Assembly (NCBI GenBank): GCA_019753175.1
Contig: JAIELK010000026.1
Coordinates: 19,251 to 83,250 of the forward strand
Direction: 5' to 3'
Length of the DNA: 64,000 nt
Source of the DNA: Hyphomonadaceae bacterium
Lineage (GTDB): Bacteria; Pseudomonadota; Alphaproteobacteria; Caulobacterales; Aquidulcibacteraceae
Shown: piece by piece, positions 59,509-64,000 of the stretch
Layout of the letters: every line of letters begins with the position of its first letter
How positions within the stretch are numbered: the stretch's first letter is position 1
The notes under the pieces: model-generated
Seen by the model: the letters and a program-made list of their open reading frames with translations, nothing else
Databases searched by the model: none
Told to the model about the DNA's origin: nothing
Program-made: the position numbers and the translations under genes

Positions 59509-61041
59509 ATGAAAGACATCATCGCCGCCCTCGAAGCCAAACGCGCCGCCGCGCGCGCCGGCGGCGGGGAGAAGCGCCATGCCGCGCAACATGCGAAGGG
59601 TAAGCTCACCGCGCGCGAGCGCATTGATCTCTTGATGGACGAAGGCTCGTTCGAGGAGCTCGACATGTTTGTCGAGCATCGCTCGGCCGAGTTCGGCATG
59701 GAGAAAACCAAAATCCCCGGCGACGGCGTCGTCACCGGCTGGGGGACCATCAACGGCCGCCTCGTCTACGTGTTCTCCAAGGATTTCACCGTGTTTGGCG
59801 GCTCGCTCTCGCTCGCGCACGCTGCCAAGATCGTCAAGGTGCAGGACATGGCGCTGAAAAACGGCGCGCCGATCGTCGGCATTTTCGATGCCGGCGGCGC
59901 GCGCATCCAGGAGGGCGTCGACAGTCTCGCCGGCTATGCCGACATTTTCATGCGTAACATTCTGGGCTCGGGCGTGGTGCCGCAGATCAGCGTCATCATG
60001 GGCCCGTGCGCGGGCGGCGACGTCTATTCCCCGGCGATGACCGATTTCATCTTCATGGTGAAGGATACAAGCTACATGTATGTCACCGGCCCCGAAGTGG
60101 TGCGCACGGTGACCAACGAGATCGTCACCCACGAGGAATTGGGCGGCGCGCGCGTGCATGCGGCGAAATCCGGCGTCGTCGACGGCGCCTTCGAGAACGA
60201 TTTCGAAGCCCTGACGCAGATGCGCCGGCTGATCGATTTCCTCCCCGGCTCCAATCGCGACAAGCCGCCGACGCGTCCCCATTATGACGACATCAACCGC
60301 GAAGAGCCCTCGCTCGATCGCCTGATCCCCGACAATCCCAACAAGCCCTACGACATGAAGGAGCTGATCGAGAAAGTCGTCGATGAAGGCGACTTCTTCG
60401 AAATTGGCGCGGAATTTGGGCGCAACATCATCACCGCGTTCGCGCGCCTGGACGGCGCGCCGGTGGGCGTGGTTGCCAATCAGCCGATGGTGCTGGCCGG
60501 CGTGCTCGACATCGATGCGTCCCGCAAAGCCGCGCGCTTCGTGCGTTTCTGTGATGCGTTCAACATTCCGATCGTGACCTTCGTCGATGTGCCGGGATTC
60601 TTGCCGGGTACGCGCCAGGAGCTGGGCGGGTTGATCAAGCACGGCGCGAAACTTCTGTTCGCTTATGGCGAAGCGACGGTGCCGAAGGTGACAGTGATCA
60701 CGCGCAAGGCTTATGGCGGCGCCTATGACGTGATGAGCTCGAAGCATTTGCGCGGCGACGTGAACTATGCGTGGCCGAGCGCCGAGATCGCGGTGATGGG
60801 GGCCAAGGGCGCGGTTGAGATTATTTTCCGCGCCGACATCGGCGATCCGGAGAAGATCGCGGCGCGCACGAAGGAATACTCCGACCGCTTCGCCAATCCG
60901 TTCGTCGCCGCCTCACGCGGCTATATCGACGACGTGATCATGCCGCGCGAAACCCGCCGCCGCATCATCCGCGCGCTTTCCACATTGAAAAACAAGCAGC
61001 TCGAAAACCCCTGGAAGAAACACGATAACATTCCGTTGTGA
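59509..61041 (+). CDS. pccB: propionyl-CoA carboxylase beta chain / acyl-CoA carboxyltransferase
   Basis: 510 aa, with [49 protein letters not shown] and [13 protein letters not shown]. Confidence 0.93.
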   Translation: MKDIIAALEAKRAAARAGGGEKRHAAQHAKGKLTARERIDLLMDEGSFEELDMFVEHRSAEFGMEKTKIPGDGVVTGWGTINGRLVYVFSKDFTVFGGSLSLAHAAKIVKVQDMALKNGAPIVGIFDAGGARIQEGVDSLAGYADIFMRNILGSGVVPQISVIMGPCAGGDVYSPAMTDFIFMVKDTSYMYVTGPEVVRTVTNEIVTHEELGGARVHAAKSGVVDGAFENDFEALTQMRRLIDFLPGSNRDKPPTRPHYDDINREEPSLDRLIPDNPNKPYDMKELIEKVVDEGDFFEIGAEFGRNIITAFARLDGAPVGVVANQPMVLAGVLDIDASRKAARFVRFCDAFNIPIVTFVDVPGFLPGTRQELGGLIKHGAKLLFAYGEATVPKVTVITRKAYGGAYDVMSSKHLRGDVNYAWPSAEIAVMGAKGAVEIIFRADIGDPEKIAARTKEYSDRFANPFVAASRGYIDDVIMPRETRRRIIRALSTLKNKQLENPWKKHDNIPL

Positions 61042-61052
61042 GGGTGGCGACT

Positions 61053-61718
61053 ATGCGAGTTTTGCTGGCGTTGCTTGTTGCGTGTTGTTCGCCTGCTGGG
61101 CCTGCCGCGTCTGGTGCAAATCAGTCAGAGGTGGCCATAGCGAGCGAAGTTTCAGCGCGCGAATTGCTGGAAACGATGTTTATCGACAACGGAGCCTTGG
61201 TTGTGTCGGCTAGGCGTGGCTTCGAGACATCTGGGCAGCAGATTTGGGAAAGCTGGGCCAACGACCCTGGCTTCGCAAGTATCAGCGCCACCCGGCGCGA
61301 GGCGATCCGCGTCTATCTCGCCGACGATTACCCACGCGAAGCAACCGAGGAAGTCTTGCGTGGAGCGCCGCAAGCATTGGATGCGGCGGGTCCGCGAGTT
61401 TCGGCAATGTTGAACGAGACACAGATTGCTCAATTGGATGGATTTCTCGAGTCGGATGAAGGGCGAACTTGGTTCGTTGCGGCCATTGCGTCTGGTGATG
61501 GCGAGTATGCGCCGACCCCTGCGGAGTCACGCGCGATCGACCGCTTCGCCTCGCAGACGAATGGTCAAGTGTGGACCGAGGAGTTCAACCAGCTCGTTGA
61601 ACAAATCGCCTATGATGTGATTGCATACCGAGCAGCTGCTGTACGCCACAGGCTTTTCGCCAGAGTGTGTGAACTTGCCGGCGACGAGTGCCCGCCGGGT
61701 TTCGTTCCTGAACGGTGA
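61053..61718 (+). CDS. hypothetical lipoprotein
   Basis: MRVLLALLVACCSP. ATG 61053 is preceded by GAGGGTGG. I recognise no domain. Confidence 0.55.
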   Translation: MRVLLALLVACCSPAGPAASGANQSEVAIASEVSARELLETMFIDNGALVVSARRGFETSGQQIWESWANDPGFASISATRREAIRVYLADDYPREATEEVLRGAPQALDAAGPRVSAMLNETQIAQLDGFLESDEGRTWFVAAIASGDGEYAPTPAESRAIDRFASQTNGQVWTEEFNQLVEQIAYDVIAYRAAAVRHRLFARVCELAGDECPPGFVPER

Positions 61719-61754
61719 CGTTAGCTCGGTGAACGACGATACGCGCTCGTAGAA

Positions 61755-61913
61755 CCCTCTCCCTCCTTTGGGAGGGAGAGGGCAGGGTGAGGGTGGGGTA
61801 CGAACGCCCGCCGGCATGAGCACAGTAAGAACGGCTGGGCTCGCGAAAAGACAAACATCACCCATCACCGCCGCGACCTCACCCTAACCCTCTCCCCCTC
61901 GCGGGGGAGAGGG
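61755..61913. repeat. two inverted copies of a ~40-nt hairpin element (ccctctccc...gggagaggg plus agggtgaggg)
   Basis: Hairpin 1 is ccctctccctcc-tttg-ggagggagaggg followed by cagggtgagggtgggg. Hairpin 2 is ccctctcccc-ctcgc-ggggagaggg preceded by cctcaccctaa. The two are in mirror orientation about 100 bp apart. Confidence 0.7.
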
Positions 61914-61983
61914 AACGCGCCGTCACCCCACATTCCCGCCTCAATCCGCGCGCCACAATCACGCTCGCGAGGAACAGGGAGGC

Positions 61984-62250
61984 ATGCTCATGCGGTCGCT
62001 CGTTTGCTCTCTTGTGGCGCTCGCATTCGTGTTCGCGGCGCACCCGGTCCATGCGCAATCGCCCGAAGACATGATGCTGCGCATGGAGACCGCGATGGCG
62101 GAGGCGCAGGCGCAAGCCTCGCGCCCCGGCGATGAAGCGCTCTCTTGCGAAGCGCTCGAAGCCGAGATGATCGCCGTTACGCAGGACCCCGCGTTCCAAG
62201 CGCGCGTCGCGGAGAATGGCGTCTGGGTGCGGGCCAGATCGACCAGATGA
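61984..62250 (+). CDS. hypothetical secreted small protein
   Basis: 88 aa with signal peptide MLMRSLVCSLVALAFVFAAHPVHA. Its stop overlaps the next ATG (ATGA at 62247-62250). Confidence 0.5.
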   Translation: MLMRSLVCSLVALAFVFAAHPVHAQSPEDMMLRMETAMAEAQAQASRPGDEALSCEALEAEMIAVTQDPAFQARVAENGVWVRARSTR

Positions 62251-62537
62251 ACGCTCTCGCCGGTCGCGCCCGCGCGCAGATGGGCATGAGCATGATCCTG
62301 GGGATCGCAAGCTTGTTCATCCCGGGCGGCGGCTACGGCCAGATGATCGCCCAGCGCGCCATCGCCGCCGGGCAACAAGCGCAGACTGAGCAGCACATGG
62401 CGCAGATGATGCGCATGGCGGAGGGCATGATCCCGTTGATGCCGCAAATGATGCGCGGCCAGCGCGTCTACGAGTTGGCGCAGGCCAAGCAATGCGCGTT
62501 CGTCGCCGAGACGGCGCAGTGCGCTCCGGCTGAGTGA
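62247..62537 (+). CDS. hypothetical Met-rich small membrane protein
   Basis: 96 aa from ATG 62247. It has one hydrophobic segment (MSMILGIASLFIPGGG), then a Met/Gln-rich region HMAQMMRMAEGMIPLMPQMMRGQ and a C-terminal CxxxxxxxxC. Confidence 0.5.
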   Translation: MNALAGRARAQMGMSMILGIASLFIPGGGYGQMIAQRAIAAGQQAQTEQHMAQMMRMAEGMIPLMPQMMRGQRVYELAQAKQCAFVAETAQCAPAE

Positions 62538-62615
62538 GCAACCGTCGCGATCGTGACTGACCCGTAACGTCTGTCCGGAGCGCGTCCTGCTAACCTAATC
62601 GCGGGGAGGTCGCTC

Positions 62616-63068
62616 ATGCGCCAGATCATCGTTGCCGTCCTGCTGGCGTTCTCTGCAGCCGCGGTTCAGGGCTGCGCCACCAGCGGGCAGATGATCGCCC
62701 GCTCCAGCGTGATGGACACAGCCAACGACGTTACCAGACGCTACGCCGCCGCCTGGAACGGCGGCGACATGTACGCGTTCGGCGCGCTGTTCACGGAGGA
62801 CGCGCGTTATGTGAATTTGGAGGGCGCGTTCGTGCGCGGGCGCAGCGCCATCGCCAACGTCCATGGCGCCAACCGTGCGCGACAGGCCGCTGGCGCGCGC
62901 ATGACTGCGTCGCTCGAAGGCGCGCGCGCCATCACCGACGACACGATCGTTTCTGTGATGCAAGTGCGGTTCTCGGATAACGCCAACGCCGCACGTATCA
63001 CGCTGACCTTGGTGCGGCGCGAAGGACGCTGGCAGATCGCGCAAGCGCAGGCCTCCGCATTGACGTGA
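62616..63068 (+). CDS. SnoaL-like/DUF4440 (SgcJ/EcaC-type) protein, lipoprotein
   Basis: Lipobox AVQGC. The pattern RYAAAWNGGDMYAFGALFTEDARYVN...GRWQIAQAQAS is typical of NTF2-like DUF4440 proteins. Confidence 0.6.
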   Translation: MRQIIVAVLLAFSAAAVQGCATSGQMIARSSVMDTANDVTRRYAAAWNGGDMYAFGALFTEDARYVNLEGAFVRGRSAIANVHGANRARQAAGARMTASLEGARAITDDTIVSVMQVRFSDNANAARITLTLVRREGRWQIAQAQASALT

Positions 63069-63073
63069 GCTAG

Positions 63074-63562
63074 CTAGTCGGCCTTGCCGAATGGCTTGAT
63101 TGGTTCGCCGAGTTCGTAGAACTCGGTCCCCTTGTCCGTCTGCATGAGCAGGTAGCGTTTGTCGTCGTGGGGGTAGGTCAGCACATCGATGGGCCGGTCT
63201 TCGCCGCCCATCAGGTAAACACACTCTTCGTCGAATGCGTTGCGCATCAGATGCGGAACGGACGGCGTGGCAAAGCCCATGAAATCTCCGGGGCCGACCT
63301 CGTAGGTGTCGCCGTCGATCTCGGCCATGGCGCGGCCCGAGATCACGTAGATCCACTCCTCTTCCAGCATGTGCGCATGATAAGCGAAGCTGTCTTTGCC
63401 TGGCGGCAGACGAACCAGGCTCACATGCGCGCGGCTCATGCCGGCGAGGCGCGACAACGCCGCGGCGCGGAACAGCGAGTTCGGGTTGAGCTTCTGGGTG
63501 AACGGCCGCATTGTCGGCGCGATATCGCCAGCGCGCCACAGGGGCTTCTTCCCGTCAGCCAT
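63074..63562 (-). CDS. cupin-domain protein
   Basis: 162 aa from ATG 63562. It has VRLPPGKDSFAYHAHMLEEEWIYVISGRAMAEIDGDTYEVGPGDFMGF. The upstream part of the 277-aa track ORF overlaps bpt. Confidence 0.72.
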   Translation of the reverse strand: MADGKKPLWRAGDIAPTMRPFTQKLNPNSLFRAAALSRLAGMSRAHVSLVRLPPGKDSFAYHAHMLEEEWIYVISGRAMAEIDGDTYEVGPGDFMGFATPSVPHLMRNAFDEECVYLMGGEDRPIDVLTYPHDDKRYLLMQTDKGTEFYELGEPIKPFGKAD

Positions 63563-63563
63563 G

Positions 63564-64000
63564 TCAGAATACCACCGGCTCGTAGGCGCGCCATTTGCCG
63601 GCCACCAGAACTTCGAGCGGGCGAAAATCCGTCTTATAGTCCATCTTTTCGGCGCCAGGGATCCAATAGCCGAGATAGAGGTGGGCAAAGCCGGCTGCGC
63701 GCGCCTGCTGAACGTGGTCGAGAATGACATAGGCGCCGAGGCTGCGCCGCGCGGCGTCCGGATCGAAAAACGAGTAAACCATCGACAATCCGTTGCCGAG
63801 CACGTCGACAAGCGCGGCCGCCGCGAGATCACCGGCGTTGTCGCCGCCGTTGTAGCGATATTCGATGATGTGCGTGCGTACGGCGCTTTCTTCGACCATC
63901 GAGACATAATCGCCGAAGCGCATCTCTGCCATGCCGCCGGCGGGATGACGCGCGTTCAGGTAGCGTTTCAGCAGGGCGAATTGCTCTTCGCGCGCTTCCG
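63564..64000 (-). CDS. bpt: arginyl/leucyl-tRNA-protein transferase Bpt (C-terminal part; 5' end outside the window)
   Basis: DLAAAALVDVLGNGLSMVYSFFDPDAARRSLGAYVILDHVQQARAAGFAHLYLGYWIPGAEKMDYKTDFRPLEVL is an ATE_C-type signature. Confidence 0.78.
   Translation of the reverse strand, partial: EAREEQFALLKRYLNARHPAGGMAEMRFGDYVSMVEESAVRTHIIEYRYNGGDNAGDLAAAALVDVLGNGLSMVYSFFDPDAARRSLGAYVILDHVQQARAAGFAHLYLGYWIPGAEKMDYKTDFRPLEVLVAGKWRAYEPVVF

Noticed and set aside
59380-60747. A 455-aa minus-strand ORF antisense to pccB.
   Set aside because: pccB on the plus strand is unambiguous. The antisense product is His/Arg/Asp-rich with no recognisable domain and runs through the intergenic repeat.
61984-62537. 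The idea that 61984-62250 and 62145-62537 are one gene broken by a frameshift (a pseudogene).
   Set aside because: The second frame has an ATG at 62247 that overlaps the first stop as ATGA, a classic translational-coupling junction. Two intact small genes are therefore the simpler reading. The frameshift alternative is kept as a check in the corresponding finding.
62595-63539. A 314-aa minus-strand ORF covering the SnoaL-like gene and part of the cupin gene.
   Set aside because: It overlaps two better-supported genes: a lipoprotein with the DUF4440 pattern on the plus strand and a cupin in another minus frame. Its composition is shadow-like.

Overview
This 64 kb window is from a GC-rich alphaproteobacterial chromosome; the gene order and promoter motifs look Caulobacterales-like. 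Most of it is housekeeping. It carries accC (partial), accB and aroQ, thiS and thiG, a TrxR-type ferredoxin-NADP reductase, recJ, a TakP/COG4663-type TRAP transporter, metG and rlmB. It also carries tuf followed by the complete S10-spc-alpha ribosomal protein operons (rpsJ to rplQ, with secY, adk and rpoA). The remaining housekeeping genes are degP, rarA, two pseudouridine synthases, ATP12, pccB and bpt (partial). There are five tRNA genes (Glu, Pro, Thr, Tyr, Gly) and a cobalamin riboswitch in front of a btuB-like TonB-dependent receptor. The most unusual region is a ~12 kb A/T-richer island (about 13.8-26.1 kb) lying between tRNA-Pro and the 3' end of tRNA-Thr. It encodes three methyltransferase domains, two sulfotransferase domains from different lineages (one fused to a methyltransferase), duplicated GT2 and GT1-like glycosyltransferase modules (one a 1137-aa multidomain protein) and a coiled-coil protein. 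It has no exporter, initiating transferase, sugar-nucleotide genes or integrase. Other oddities:
- An ankyrin-repeat gene is translationally wedged into thiS-thiG.
- A leaderless proline-rich protein carries two DUF3380 muramidase domains.
- A GIN-domain gene and a terminator-like leader hairpin sit between tuf and rpsJ.
- A TPR/2OG-oxygenase-like protein may lack its distal iron ligand.
- Three families of palindromic intergenic repeats occur, two copies of one family lying inside conserved operons.

No CRISPR array, rRNA gene, transposase or integrase was seen. Many long ORFs in the supplied track are GC-driven shadows of real genes on the opposite strand and were not annotated.
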